Below are positions 6,153-15,606 of a stretch of DNA of 51,545 nt, one piece after another. Source of the stretch: a virus. A program made the translations under genes and the position numbers. Each line of letters begins with the position of its first letter. Within the stretch, counting starts at the first letter, position 1. Location: positions 1 to 51,545 of the IMG/VR virus record IMGVR_UViG_3300045988_024116. One strand, 5' to 3'. Below the pieces are notes generated by a model. It had not been told where the DNA came from, made no database searches, and was given only the letters and a program-made list of their open reading frames with translations.

Positions 6153-6568
6153 TGTTTGCACACTACGTATTGGACGGGGTTTTCTGTTGGCGTGAATGTG
6201 AACGCGATACGTTCGATGAGTTATTCTGCGCGCGTGAAATTGGGGACTACCCGCGTTCTAAGGATAGCGAGACGGACTACTACAACGCGTGGGAATACTG
6301 GGACAATAGCGAGATGTTCTGGGAATGGCTTACCGACAAGGTCAAAGAGTTTGGTTTTGTTGACTACGACAAGCACCCACAGAACGGTACGTTTATGTGG
6401 ATTCAAGCTGAAGAGATGTTGGTTGTGTGCCCTGACACGGCTGTCGAATTGCCTACGGATATTGTCGCTACGTTCGACAGGGACAGTCTGTACGAAACGG
6501 AATACGCGGAGGGCATCGTCCGGGGTGGTGTGTTCTACGCTACGATTATTGCAAGGGAGCTTGACTAA
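6152..6568 (+). CDS. Hypothetical protein (138 aa)
   Basis: ORF track entry; TAATG coupling to the upstream gene. Confidence 0.6.
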   Translation: MFAHYVLDGVFCWRECERDTFDELFCAREIGDYPRSKDSETDYYNAWEYWDNSEMFWEWLTDKVKEFGFVDYDKHPQNGTFMWIQAEEMLVVCPDTAVELPTDIVATFDRDSLYETEYAEGIVRGGVFYATIIARELD

Positions 6569-6717
6569 TGGACAACGCTTATATTCAGGTGTTGGCAGAC
6601 GGGACAGGTATTGTTGTGTCGCATGACTTTGATATGGGTATCGGTGTCATTGCGGGACTGCGTATTCTCGCCCGGCTTACCAAGGAACAGGTCAACATGA
6701 TTAGGGAGGATAACTAA
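6568..6717 (+). CDS. Small hypothetical protein (49 aa), below the ORF-track cutoff
   Basis: Read by hand: ATG 6568 overlaps the upstream TAA (TAATG). Translation MDNAYIQVLADGTGIVVSHDFDMGIGVIAGLRILARLTKEQVNMIREDN. Its TAA overlaps the next ATG at 6717. Confidence 0.5.
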   Translation: MDNAYIQVLADGTGIVVSHDFDMGIGVIAGLRILARLTKEQVNMIREDN

Positions 6718-7055
6718 TGAACATGGAAGAATTGACTGAGGTGTATAGCGACGCTTGTATGCGCGCGGTGGAAGATGCTATCCACGAGCTTGCTAACAAG
6801 TGGGACAGTGGTACAAAGAACTACCTGCGCGAACAGGGATATGCTGTTTGTGCTGAACTGTATAACGACAGTCTGTGCGTTTACGCATACCTCGGCAAGG
6901 ACGATTACTTTGGCCCTATTAAGTATGAGGACGACGCACTGAACGAGGCTATCCAGGAAGTATTCGACGCGTTGGGAGCGCAAGTTGTTCTCAACGCAAT
7001 GATTTATTGCGGCTGGGAAGAAACTATACAGACGATTACATGGGAGATTAACTAA
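6717..7055 (+). CDS. Hypothetical protein (112 aa)
   Basis: ORF track entry; translationally coupled on both sides. Confidence 0.6.
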   Translation: MNMEELTEVYSDACMRAVEDAIHELANKWDSGTKNYLREQGYAVCAELYNDSLCVYAYLGKDDYFGPIKYEDDALNEAIQEVFDALGAQVVLNAMIYCGWEETIQTITWEIN

Positions 7056-8471
7056 ATGAGCTTTGCACCGCGCCACTACCAAGAACGTGTACTGGAAGGT
7101 TTGGCGAACAGTAAAACGCCGTACACGGGCCTGGTAGGCGCGGGCCTTGGTACGGGCAAGACGGCAATGAGCGTGTGGAACGCCCTCAACGCTTTTGGTA
7201 GCGCTATCGGGGAACAGATTATCCTCATTGTCGCCCCTGTCCGTACCGAGTCCGGTTGGCGCTCGCACTGGAAGACGCTCGCCGGAATTGACATGCGCAC
7301 GCTGTCCGGTAAGAAAACTAAGACTGCCCTTGCAGTATGGGACGATCTGGAAAACCACGTGCCCGGCGTGTACTTCATTACGTGGGAGCTGATGCGCTCG
7401 CGGAATAAGGAAAAGCGCTGGGACGGACGGGCCAAAAAGTACGTCTACAAGTCCATGCCTAAGCCGTTCTACGGTGTAGAGTTTGGGATGGTTATTGCCG
7501 ATGAATGGCACCGTGCGTGCAACCACTCTAGCCTCAACTTTGACGTGGCACGACACATCAAGGCACAGTACCGCCTCGCCCTGAGTGCGACACCGGCAGG
7601 GAACAAGCCCTGCAACATTTGGGCGGCGCTGAAGTTCCTATGGCCTAACCACTACGGTGGTTACTGGGACTTTTGCGAAAAGTTCTTCAAGGTGGAAGTC
7701 AACCCGTGGTCGGCCTATGGCAAGGACTTTTCGGGAGAACGTTCCCCCGGCATGGTCCGTCGTGGAGCGCCCTCGTATCACGAGGTTTCACAGGCCGAGG
7801 CGAACCCTGAACTGCCCGGCGTGATTATTCACCGCGTAGAAGTCGAACTGTCTCGCACGCAGCGCAAGATGTATGACGATCTGGAACAGAAGGCACTCAC
7901 GTTCCTTGGAGAAAACCCGCTGGCACTGAGCATCCCGATGGAACTTGATCTACGTCTGCGACAGATGACGCTGGGAGTCCCCTCGTTCAACGAGGAAGGG
8001 ACTGTTGATTACAAGGAAGATTGTAAGTCGTCCAAGCTCGACGCAATGATGGATATTACTGCTGACCTGCCTGAAGATGAACCTGTCGTCGTGTGGGTAC
8101 ACTCGCAAAAGTTCATTAAGGCCGCGCTGTACCGTCTGAAGAAAGCCGGGATTAAGGCCATTGAAGTCTCTGGCAAGTCGCGCGGTGACTTCCATGCCAT
8201 GATTAACGGGGACGTGCGCGTCATTGTCGCGCAGCACGAGGCCATGTCTGAAGGCGTTGACGGACTTCAGCGAGTGTGTCATACTGAGATTTGGCTGAGC
8301 CAGTCAAACAGCCTTGTGATTAACGAACAGGCGACGGGACGACTCAACCGACAGGGCCAGACACAGCCTGTTAACCGTTTCCTGATTCAGGCGACCAATA
8401 CGGTGGATGACCGTGTGCTGGGACGCTTGCAGGAACGATTTGACAAGCTGAAGGCATCTGGACTAATCTAA
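7056..8471 (+). CDS. SNF2/DEAD-like superfamily 2 helicase
   Basis: Walker A GAGLGTGKT, motif II VIADEWHR, and a C-terminal helicase domain (VIVAQHEAMSEGVDGLQ, QATGRLNRQGQ). Confidence 0.8.
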   Translation: MSFAPRHYQERVLEGLANSKTPYTGLVGAGLGTGKTAMSVWNALNAFGSAIGEQIILIVAPVRTESGWRSHWKTLAGIDMRTLSGKKTKTALAVWDDLENHVPGVYFITWELMRSRNKEKRWDGRAKKYVYKSMPKPFYGVEFGMVIADEWHRACNHSSLNFDVARHIKAQYRLALSATPAGNKPCNIWAALKFLWPNHYGGYWDFCEKFFKVEVNPWSAYGKDFSGERSPGMVRRGAPSYHEVSQAEANPELPGVIIHRVEVELSRTQRKMYDDLEQKALTFLGENPLALSIPMELDLRLRQMTLGVPSFNEEGTVDYKEDCKSSKLDAMMDITADLPEDEPVVVWVHSQKFIKAALYRLKKAGIKAIEVSGKSRGDFHAMINGDVRVIVAQHEAMSEGVDGLQRVCHTEIWLSQSNSLVINEQATGRLNRQGQTQPVNRFLIQATNTVDDRVLGRLQERFDKLKASGLI

Positions 8472-8503
8472 TACTGAAACAACACAATTAAGGGGTCAAA
8501 GTA

Positions 8504-8725
8504 ATGGAAACGTTTAACACTATCGTAGTACTCGTAATTTTGATCACGATTCTAGGCACTATCACAGTGGGTATGTTCTCTGCTGCCTACTACTTTTGGA
8601 AGTGTCCACAAGATCGTCTAGCCGTTATTATCATTTACGCTATACCTAGTTTCGTGGCTGGTATGATTAGCTTGTTGGCGGTTGTCAATGTTATTTACTA
8701 CTGGCTTATCCCAGTAATCTTTTAA
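8504..8725 (+). CDS. Small membrane protein
   Basis: ORF track entry with two long hydrophobic segments; ATG preceded by aagggg. Confidence 0.55.
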   Translation: METFNTIVVLVILITILGTITVGMFSAAYYFWKCPQDRLAVIIIYAIPSFVAGMISLLAVVNVIYYWLIPVIF

Positions 8726-8747
8726 CAACGATTGAAAGGAGAAAACA

Positions 8748-9071
8748 ATGGATTGGAATGACTTGTACGATGATAGCTGGGAGTTATATAAGAAGATTGG
8801 CAACACGATCTTGCCCGTCTTTGTCGGCGCTGATGCTGGGTTCACCACCGATACAAAATACCTAACGCTGATGCAGCGGGGTACTGTCGTGAGACTTGCA
8901 GGCAAGTGTTACATCTTTTGCATTAAAGAAGCTGCATTACGCGGTACTGGGTGCTGGGTGGATGGGTTTGGTGAGACATTCACACCATTGGAGTTTCTTA
9001 CAGAGATTGACGATGCTGCTGAAGTGGGACTCTGCCCTTGGCTTATTCACAACGGCTCCCACAACAGATAA
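8748..9071 (+). CDS. Hypothetical protein (107 aa)
   Basis: ORF track entry; ATG preceded by aaaggagaa. Confidence 0.6.
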   Translation: MDWNDLYDDSWELYKKIGNTILPVFVGADAGFTTDTKYLTLMQRGTVVRLAGKCYIFCIKEAALRGTGCWVDGFGETFTPLEFLTEIDDAAEVGLCPWLIHNGSHNR

Positions 9072-9102
9072 CAACAAACCAACAAACCAAAGGAGAACAA
9101 AC

Positions 9103-9321
9103 ATGAAGACTTATACCAACACCGATACCGAGCGCAACTACAGTGGGACTGTTCGCCTCATTTTCTGCATCCTGTTCGCAGTTGTGGGAGTCTGGTTCCC
9201 GTCCTACTTTATGTGGGTTGTCTGGGCCTTTGTCGCCTATGTTGCCCTACTCGCTATTCTGTGGGTGTTCATTGCAATTCTCAGCATTGTCGTGCTGAAG
9301 AGTATTACTAATCTTGGCTGA
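9103..9321 (+). CDS. Small membrane protein
   Basis: The track ORF is 8896..9321. ATG 9103 follows aaaggagaac. Sequence MKTYTNTDTERNYSGTVRLIFCILFAVVGVWF... is hydrophobic. Confidence 0.6.
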   Translation: MKTYTNTDTERNYSGTVRLIFCILFAVVGVWFPSYFMWVVWAFVAYVALLAILWVFIAILSIVVLKSITNLG

Positions 9322-9335
9322 AAGGAGGCTAGACC

Positions 9336-9731
9336 ATGCAGATTATCGAAGTCAACCACAAGACAGCGGCAAACCTCCTGAAGAAGTCAGTAGAAGAATA
9401 CTGGCTGGATGACAACAAAGATGCCTATATCCGCTTCACGGACGGGAGCACTGTGTGTGTTCACATGCTTGAACGGGCGTATGCTGCGTATGTCTCGCTT
9501 AAAAAGCGGGAGGTTCATCAGAATAGTAGCTTTGGGGACGAACAAACTATTTACTGGTTCAACCGTGAAGGCAGCGACGGTGCCACGATCACAGACCGCA
9601 CTGTGTCCCTAGACTTTGATCATGTAAGGTATTACTATCACCGACAGTTTGATCTTGTAACTCGACAATACATTCCTGTCATTGAACTGCATTACTACGA
9701 AAAGGGAGAAGAAATTGCCCGTAACGATTAA
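9336..9731 (+). CDS. Hypothetical protein (131 aa)
   Basis: ORF track entry; ATG preceded by aaaggagg. Confidence 0.6.
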   Translation: MQIIEVNHKTAANLLKKSVEEYWLDDNKDAYIRFTDGSTVCVHMLERAYAAYVSLKKREVHQNSSFGDEQTIYWFNREGSDGATITDRTVSLDFDHVRYYYHRQFDLVTRQYIPVIELHYYEKGEEIARND

Positions 9732-10398
9732 GGAAATCTACGCGCCTATCCTTGGCTTTGGTTGGGAGAACCTTCCTAACCGCTATGTCCAGCGAGAGTA
9801 TCTTCCAATTGAAGACGGCCTCGTGACCTCGCCCAGCGGCACTGTCGTTGGTACTGGCACCCTGCCGGGTGGCAAACTGCGTCTGCTTGGAGACAAGGGT
9901 CAGGTTTGTGCTCAGCGCTGGACCGGACAGGATGAAATGCTAGTTGTTGACCCGTTCGACAACCGTGTGTTCACCGTCCCGTCTGTGGAAGACTTGAAGT
10001 GTAATGCCCGTGAGATGGTGTCGGCGCATATTAACATTGCCGATGCTAAGCCTATGGACCTGTCTATCATGTGGACGGATGACGTTGCGGGAGAGTGCGG
10101 CTTTGACGTGGCCGACATCCCTGAGCCAGATGAACTCAAGTACACCTACCGACTAAATGGTATGGCTCTGCTTGGCCTGGTCAACGATGGGGACGACAAC
10201 CTGGTTGTGTCCCGCACGTCTGTAATGTGTCGTCTGCTGCGGTACAAGGCTGGGGATAGGTTTGCGTTCCAAGGCTACCGAAAGAAGAACATGCCAGGTC
10301 TGCTGAATGACACGGGAGGTTTCTCTGACTTCGCCCGGAAGATTCTTGCGTGGTCTGAGTGTATGACTCGTGAACAGCGGGAGATTCTTTCCAAGTGA
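9715..10398 (+). CDS. Hypothetical protein (about 227 aa)
   Basis: The track ORF is 9682..10398. A likely TTG start at 9715 follows aagggagaag. The start is uncertain. Confidence 0.55.
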   Translation: MPVTIKEIYAPILGFGWENLPNRYVQREYLPIEDGLVTSPSGTVVGTGTLPGGKLRLLGDKGQVCAQRWTGQDEMLVVDPFDNRVFTVPSVEDLKCNAREMVSAHINIADAKPMDLSIMWTDDVAGECGFDVADIPEPDELKYTYRLNGMALLGLVNDGDDNLVVSRTSVMCRLLRYKAGDRFAFQGYRKKNMPGLLNDTGGFSDFARKILAWSECMTREQREILSK

Positions 10399-10802
10399 GA
10401 GAGTACATTCGAGCCGCCAGGGACGAGGCCGCTAAGTCCCGTTGTGACCGTGCTCACGTGGGGTGCGTGATCGTTGATCGAGTGACGGGACAGGTTGTGT
10501 CGCGTGCGTTCAACGAGACACCACACGGCCTTGAGCCGTGCGACACGGGAGGCCACCGGATTGTCGATGACCATTGCGTCAACACTATCCATGCTGAGCG
10601 CAACGCGATTCGACAGATGAAGGAACATGGGAGCGAGTACACGCTCTACGTGACCCACTATCCGTGTCGTGGTTGCGCGCATCTTATCTCGTCTTGCCCT
10701 GAGATCGTAGAAGTTGTGTACCTCGGGGACTACAACAATTCCAGCGAGGCGACTGCTCTCCTGAGCGGCCTGTCGAAGGGGGTTCATCGTGGGGAAGAAT
10801 AA
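10395..10802 (+). CDS. dCMP/cytidine deaminase family zinc enzyme
   Basis: Motifs HAERNAI and PCRGCA (H-A-E ... P-C-x-x-C); GTGA overlap with the upstream gene. Confidence 0.8.
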   Translation: MREYIRAARDEAAKSRCDRAHVGCVIVDRVTGQVVSRAFNETPHGLEPCDTGGHRIVDDHCVNTIHAERNAIRQMKEHGSEYTLYVTHYPCRGCAHLISSCPEIVEVVYLGDYNNSSEATALLSGLSKGVHRGEE

Positions 10803-11070
10803 GCTCACCTTGGAGATTCCTCCCGGCTGTTTGTTCACGGCTATTGAACTGGACAAGATTGAGAAGACGGGGTGGTATGTCAAGGGAAATGAGATCATGT
10901 GTCGTACGACGACAATGCCGGGCATTGGTACCCGAGCATTGCGCAAGGTTCTCGAACCGGGAGACTTTCTGGTTCTCATTGAGTCTCCACTAGATGACTT
11001 GCATAATTTTGCGTGGAACATGTACGTACTGAAAGAGGCAGAGTATTGGAGGTGGTTAGAGCGTGAGTGA
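10789..11070 (+). CDS. Hypothetical protein (93 aa)
   Basis: ORF track entry; GTG start overlapping the deaminase 3' end. Confidence 0.5.
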   Translation: MGKNKLTLEIPPGCLFTAIELDKIEKTGWYVKGNEIMCRTTTMPGIGTRALRKVLEPGDFLVLIESPLDDLHNFAWNMYVLKEAEYWRWLERE

Positions 11071-11767
11071 AATCTACGACCGTATTGTACGGGAGTTGAC
11101 GAAGCCGTCTGAGCGTGACAAGCAACGTAAGGTTGGTCCGTCTGAGCTGGGAGACCTGTGTGAGCGCTGCTTGGCAGAAAAGCTGCTGGGTGTGCATGTG
11201 GAGGAAAAGACGTACCCTCTTGCCCCGATGATTGGGACCGCGTTCCACTTGTACCTTGAGACGACACTGGGGCTAGAAGATTACCTGAAGGAAACAAAGG
11301 TAACAGTTGGCGAGATTGAAGGGTATGGAGCGATTCGTGGGACTGCTGACGGGTTTGATCTTAGGGGCGGACATGTTGTTGATTACAAGGTCTTGTCGAA
11401 GAAGAAGATCAAGGCTTTCTCGTCTGCAACGTTCTTCGATGAGGAACGTAACCCTGAGTTCTATTCGGACTCGATGACCGAAGGCCAGCTCAAAAAGTAC
11501 TATTACCAGATGCAGTTGTATGGTCTGGGTATGGAGAACGCTGGCTATGAGGTGAATCACACTTCCCTGATTTTGTTTCCCAGGGATGCTACGATAGAAT
11601 CTGTCACAACGGCAACTCACGAGTTGTGCTTCAAGTACAACCGTGAAGCTGCCTTGGCTGTCCTGGAACGCGCCAACGAGATTTTCAAGTGGGCCACCAA
11701 CAACCCGGACAACCTGGGAGAACTCGACAGCCATCCCGGCTGTTACTACTGCGCTTTCAAGCGCTAA
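11063..11767 (+). CDS. PD-(D/E)XK nuclease of the Cas4/RecB-like type with four Cys
   Basis: N-terminal CERC and C-terminal CYYC; nuclease core GTADGFD...VVDYKV; QMQLYG (QxxxY). Confidence 0.7.
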   Translation: MSEIYDRIVRELTKPSERDKQRKVGPSELGDLCERCLAEKLLGVHVEEKTYPLAPMIGTAFHLYLETTLGLEDYLKETKVTVGEIEGYGAIRGTADGFDLRGGHVVDYKVLSKKKIKAFSSATFFDEERNPEFYSDSMTEGQLKKYYYQMQLYGLGMENAGYEVNHTSLILFPRDATIESVTTATHELCFKYNREAALAVLERANEIFKWATNNPDNLGELDSHPGCYYCAFKR

Positions 11768-11781
11768 AAGAAAGGAGAAAC

Positions 11782-12564
11782 ATGGGAAAGTTCGACTCGT
11801 TCCTCAAGAACCTCAACATCGAAGTGTCCGACCCCCGCATCACTACCCCTAAGATCAAGATGCTGATCTACGGTATGTCTGGAACGGGAAAGACCTCGCT
11901 TGCTGTCTCTGCCTCTAAGGTCGAAGAGCTGGGACCAGTCCTTTACATCGACTTGGAGCGTGGCACCGCCCCAGCAGCCAAGTATGGTGACCTGGACAAT
12001 ATGCTGGTCGTCCAGCCTGCCTCCTACCAGCAATTCGCGGAACTGCTGATCGAGATCAGCAAGAATAAGGACATGGAGTTCAAGACAATTGTCATCGACA
12101 CCATTGACCGCTTGCAGGAACTAATCAAGTTCCACTTCAAGAGCACAAAGCCCAATGACAGTTTTGCCATGTGGGATGCTACCTACGAGAAGATTATTGA
12201 TCTTGTCAACAAGATCAGCTTTGACCTCGGACTGAACATCATTTGTATCACACATGAGGCGCGCGAGGTAAACGACGTTTCCCGACTGTCGCTTATCGGA
12301 CCATCATTTGAGGGCAAGCAAAGCCTCAAGAAACTGCCAGGTATCTTCGACATCATTGCTCGTATGACATGGGAGGATGTTGGAGACGATGACAATGAAG
12401 AGTTGGTCACAGTCATGACTGTAAGGTCCCCGTCTGAAGTGCTGGCAAAGACGCGGTTTGACCCGATGCCGTCTATGTCTGGAAACACGACAATGGAGAA
12501 GATCATGGGTTGGGTCCACGAGCATTGTGAAACACAGGAAGTAAAGGAAGAAAATGACGACTAG
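11782..12564 (+). CDS. RecA-fold AAA ATPase (AAA_24/Sak4-like recombination ATPase)
   Basis: The track ORF is 11689..12564. ATG 11782 follows aaaggagaa. Walker A YGMSGTGKTS, Walker B IVIDTID. Confidence 0.7.
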   Translation: MGKFDSFLKNLNIEVSDPRITTPKIKMLIYGMSGTGKTSLAVSASKVEELGPVLYIDLERGTAPAAKYGDLDNMLVVQPASYQQFAELLIEISKNKDMEFKTIVIDTIDRLQELIKFHFKSTKPNDSFAMWDATYEKIIDLVNKISFDLGLNIICITHEAREVNDVSRLSLIGPSFEGKQSLKKLPGIFDIIARMTWEDVGDDDNEELVTVMTVRSPSEVLAKTRFDPMPSMSGNTTMEKIMGWVHEHCETQEVKEENDD

Positions 12565-12745
12565 GTACCTCTCTATTAATGATGCGTCTGAGCGCACGGG
12601 AGTTGGTCGAACGACCATCCTGTACCGTATCAACACCGGGAAGTTCCCACAGCCTGACGCAATCGTTACTTACAAGCGAACTGCCGCCCTCGGGTGGCTA
12701 CCTGAAACCATCGAAGATTACAACACCAACAAGAAGGAGAACTGA
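12554..12745 (+). CDS. AlpA/excisionase-like helix-turn-helix DNA-binding protein
   Basis: 63 aa: YLSINDASERTGVGRTTILYRINTGKFPQP, typical of the MerR-type winged HTH in AlpA/Xis proteins. Confidence 0.6.
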   Translation: MTTRYLSINDASERTGVGRTTILYRINTGKFPQPDAIVTYKRTAALGWLPETIEDYNTNKKEN

Positions 12746-12750
12746 TTAAC

Positions 12751-13218
12751 ATGGCAATCAATTTCAACGAGCTTATGTCCCTGGATGTCGCTGAGTCCCT
12801 TAGCTTTGAACCACTGCCAGAAGGCCAGTACAAGGTGACCGTCGATGCCTGCGAGCTGGGAGAGTCCAAGAAGGGCAAGCCCATGTATACTGTGGACTTC
12901 GTTGTCAACGAGGGCGACCACGCATCCCGCCAGATTCGCTACTGGCTGGTCCTAGTTACCAAGAATGGCCTGCACTGGGAGCTGCCGAAGTTCTGCGAGG
13001 CATCAGGCAACGCTTGGCCTGATGAACCCACCGCCCGTAATTCGGACTACTACTACAAGGTGGCCGCTGATATCGTTGGTAAGACTGCGACGATCACCGT
13101 TGCGATTGAAGAGCGCGAGTACAACGGTGAGATGCGCAAGAACAACAACATCAAGAAGGTCGAATGGGACGAGGCCAAGACTAAGAAGAAGTCTAAGGCA
13201 TCGATGATCGAACTCTGA
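12751..13218 (+). CDS. DUF669-like protein (putative ssDNA-binding partner of the AAA_24 ATPase)
   Basis: The N-terminal pattern F..E.LPEGQYKV.V plus its position next to the Sak4-like ATPase. Called from memory of the family. Confidence 0.45.
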   Translation: MAINFNELMSLDVAESLSFEPLPEGQYKVTVDACELGESKKGKPMYTVDFVVNEGDHASRQIRYWLVLVTKNGLHWELPKFCEASGNAWPDEPTARNSDYYYKVAADIVGKTATITVAIEEREYNGEMRKNNNIKKVEWDEAKTKKKSKASMIEL

Positions 13219-13226
13219 TCTTCACA

Positions 13227-13269
13227 GGCGGGCCGTATCTTGACACCAGGGTACGGCCCGCCGTACTAT
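13227..13269 (+). promoter_or_regulatory. Hairpin with an embedded promoter
   Basis: 11-bp stem ggcgggccgta/tacggcccgcc (13227..13262). TTGACA (13240..13245) lies in the loop, followed by an 18-nt spacer and TACTAT (13264..13269). Confidence 0.5.
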
Positions 13270-13290
13270 ATACAAGCAGAAAGGAGAGCA

Positions 13291-15606
13291 ATGAACCTCA
13301 AAGAGTTCTTCCAAGCAGTCCTCCCAGACGGTGAAGGCTGGACACCAATCATCCTCAAGGGTCCGATGGGCGGTCTCACTAACTTCCGGTGGTTTGAGCT
13401 GCCAGCGCAGCTCGACAAGATGGTGGCATACGCCGAGGCTAACGCCGACTTGGACGTATACTACTCTCCCTTCCTTTACACCAAGCCCCCGGCCCTGTCG
13501 AACACGAGGCACGCAGCCAAAGACAACGTGACCAAGGCAGCGTGCGTCTGGGCAGACGGCGACGACTGCCCCATCGACAAACTGAAGGTCAAGCCCTCTA
13601 TCACCGTCCAGACCAGCGAGAAGCACTGGCAAGGATACTGGCTTCTTGAAGATGCCGGCGACCTGTCCAATGACATGCTCGAAGCACTCTCACGAGGACT
13701 CTACGAAGCACACAAGAACGACGGCATGGACCGAGGCTGGCCCCTGTCGAAGAAGCTCCGCGTCCCCTTCACGCACAACCTCAAGAAGGTGAAGCCCTGG
13801 GAGATTACTCTCGCTACTAACGACGAGCCTATCACCGCAGCTGAGTTCGCGGCTGAGTACCCACCTGTCGAACGTATGGGCATTGAGGAAGAAGACTTCC
13901 CCACTGACATCCCCAGCATGTTTGAGGTGTTGGGCATGGTGAATCGTAGCTACATCACGGACCTGGCTACGGACGACTCTTTCAACACCGAAGAGGACCG
14001 TAGCTCGAAGATGTACCATCTTCAGTGTGCTCTCTGGGAAGAAGGTTGTTCAATTGTTGAAGCATTTGCCGTTGTGCGTGCCACTGAGTTCAACAAGTTT
14101 GAACAAGACGGACGCGGCGACGGCTACCTATGGAAACAGATCAACCGCGACTACGCACGTTGGAAGGCAGAGCACAACGGCCCCACGGAAAACGATCTCG
14201 AAGCGACAACCCGTATCGGCTCGTCCTACCTGCTGAGTGAATCGCGTGAGCTGTCGTTGCAGGATGTTGACTTCCTACACGGGGACGAGGAAGAACCGAT
14301 GGGCCTTTTTGTTGACCAGTTCGCAGCATGGGCATCAACCAAGTCAGCAATGGCACCTAAGCAATTCCACTACGCGGGCGCTCTCGCTATCTTGTCGTCC
14401 ATGTTCGCGAAGTACGCCTTCCTCCCTACCAACGTGCAGAAGATGCCACTGAATCTGTACTTCCTGGTTCTGGGACGTACTACACAGTCCCGAAAGTCCA
14501 CGTCACTTCGCCTCGCTGAGTCCATGATGCGAGACGTGGCTGTCGGCATCGGCAGGGGGCCAGATGCGTTCATTGCACCGGAAGACTCAACAGGTGAAGC
14601 GCTGTCTACATACCTGCGTACCAAGCCGAAAGAGTCTGGTCTGTTCGCAATTGATGAGGTCCAAGACTTCTTTGCACACGCCGCCCAGAAGGGTAGCTAC
14701 ATGGCCTCGATGATGCCGTTCCTCACCAAGTCTTACGACGGCTACATCCCAGCTGTCGCACGTAAAGACAAGGGCGGCAAGGTTGCTTACCAGACTGCGA
14801 CCCCGTACTACATGACGTTCTACGGGACAGGTATTCTTGACCAGGCCGCGAAGCACCTGACGACCGAGAAGGTGGAGTCTGGCTTCACGCCCCGTTGTCT
14901 TGTCGTTATTGATGACCGAGACAAGTACATCACCTCGTCTCAGGATGTGAAGCTCGTGCAAGTGAGCGCATCAACAGGCAAGATTGAGGACAAGCAGCGT
15001 GACTTCATGCTGTCGAACCTTATCAAGTCTGTGACCAAGTTCGATGTGGCTTTCAACGCTCGCCGTGCGCAACGCATGGAGAATGAGGAAGTCCGTATCC
15101 CTGTCGAGTTTGAGCCGGGTGTGTTCGAGCGGTGGATTGAGTTCTCGGAAGAGGCAAAGGTACTGGCTGAACGACATATGCTGAACAGTCGTGAGTTGTT
15201 TCCCGGCACTGAGCGTATGACGTTCTCTGTGCTCCGCATTTCTGCGCTGCTCGCTATGTATAACGGGCCGACGACAAAGGGCACCGTCGTTGTCACAATG
15301 CGGGAAATGCTCAAGGCTATCTCGCTTGCGTCCATCTGGCTGTCTTCTAACGAGGTGTTCATCCACCACGTGAAGAACAGCAACTTCAGCAACAAGGTGG
15401 ACAAGCTCATTAACTTCGTTGCGCGCACTGACAATGGTATGGTTTCGATTCCGAAACTCATGTTGAAGTTCCAGTCTGAAATCAGCGGTATGCGTGAACT
15501 GAAGGAAATCATCACATATGCCCAGGCACGTGGAGTTATCCAAGAAGTCGTGAAGGGGAAAACAAATAACGAACGATTCATTAAGTACACGGGAGGGCAA
15601 GTATGA
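13291..15606 (+). CDS. Bifunctional primase-polymerase with a C-terminal D5/DUF3987-like helicase
   Basis: The track ORF is 13240..15606. ATG 13291 follows aaaggagag. AEP-like motifs DVYYSP, VWADGDD and SEKHWQGYW; P-loop GRTTQSRKST. Confidence 0.7.
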   Translation: MNLKEFFQAVLPDGEGWTPIILKGPMGGLTNFRWFELPAQLDKMVAYAEANADLDVYYSPFLYTKPPALSNTRHAAKDNVTKAACVWADGDDCPIDKLKVKPSITVQTSEKHWQGYWLLEDAGDLSNDMLEALSRGLYEAHKNDGMDRGWPLSKKLRVPFTHNLKKVKPWEITLATNDEPITAAEFAAEYPPVERMGIEEEDFPTDIPSMFEVLGMVNRSYITDLATDDSFNTEEDRSSKMYHLQCALWEEGCSIVEAFAVVRATEFNKFEQDGRGDGYLWKQINRDYARWKAEHNGPTENDLEATTRIGSSYLLSESRELSLQDVDFLHGDEEEPMGLFVDQFAAWASTKSAMAPKQFHYAGALAILSSMFAKYAFLPTNVQKMPLNLYFLVLGRTTQSRKSTSLRLAESMMRDVAVGIGRGPDAFIAPEDSTGEALSTYLRTKPKESGLFAIDEVQDFFAHAAQKGSYMASMMPFLTKSYDGYIPAVARKDKGGKVAYQTATPYYMTFYGTGILDQAAKHLTTEKVESGFTPRCLVVIDDRDKYITSSQDVKLVQVSASTGKIEDKQRDFMLSNLIKSVTKFDVAFNARRAQRMENEEVRIPVEFEPGVFERWIEFSEEAKVLAERHMLNSRELFPGTERMTFSVLRISALLAMYNGPTTKGTVVVTMREMLKAISLASIWLSSNEVFIHHVKNSNFSNKVDKLINFVARTDNGMVSIPKLMLKFQSEISGMRELKEIITYAQARGVIQEVVKGKTNNERFIKYTGGQV

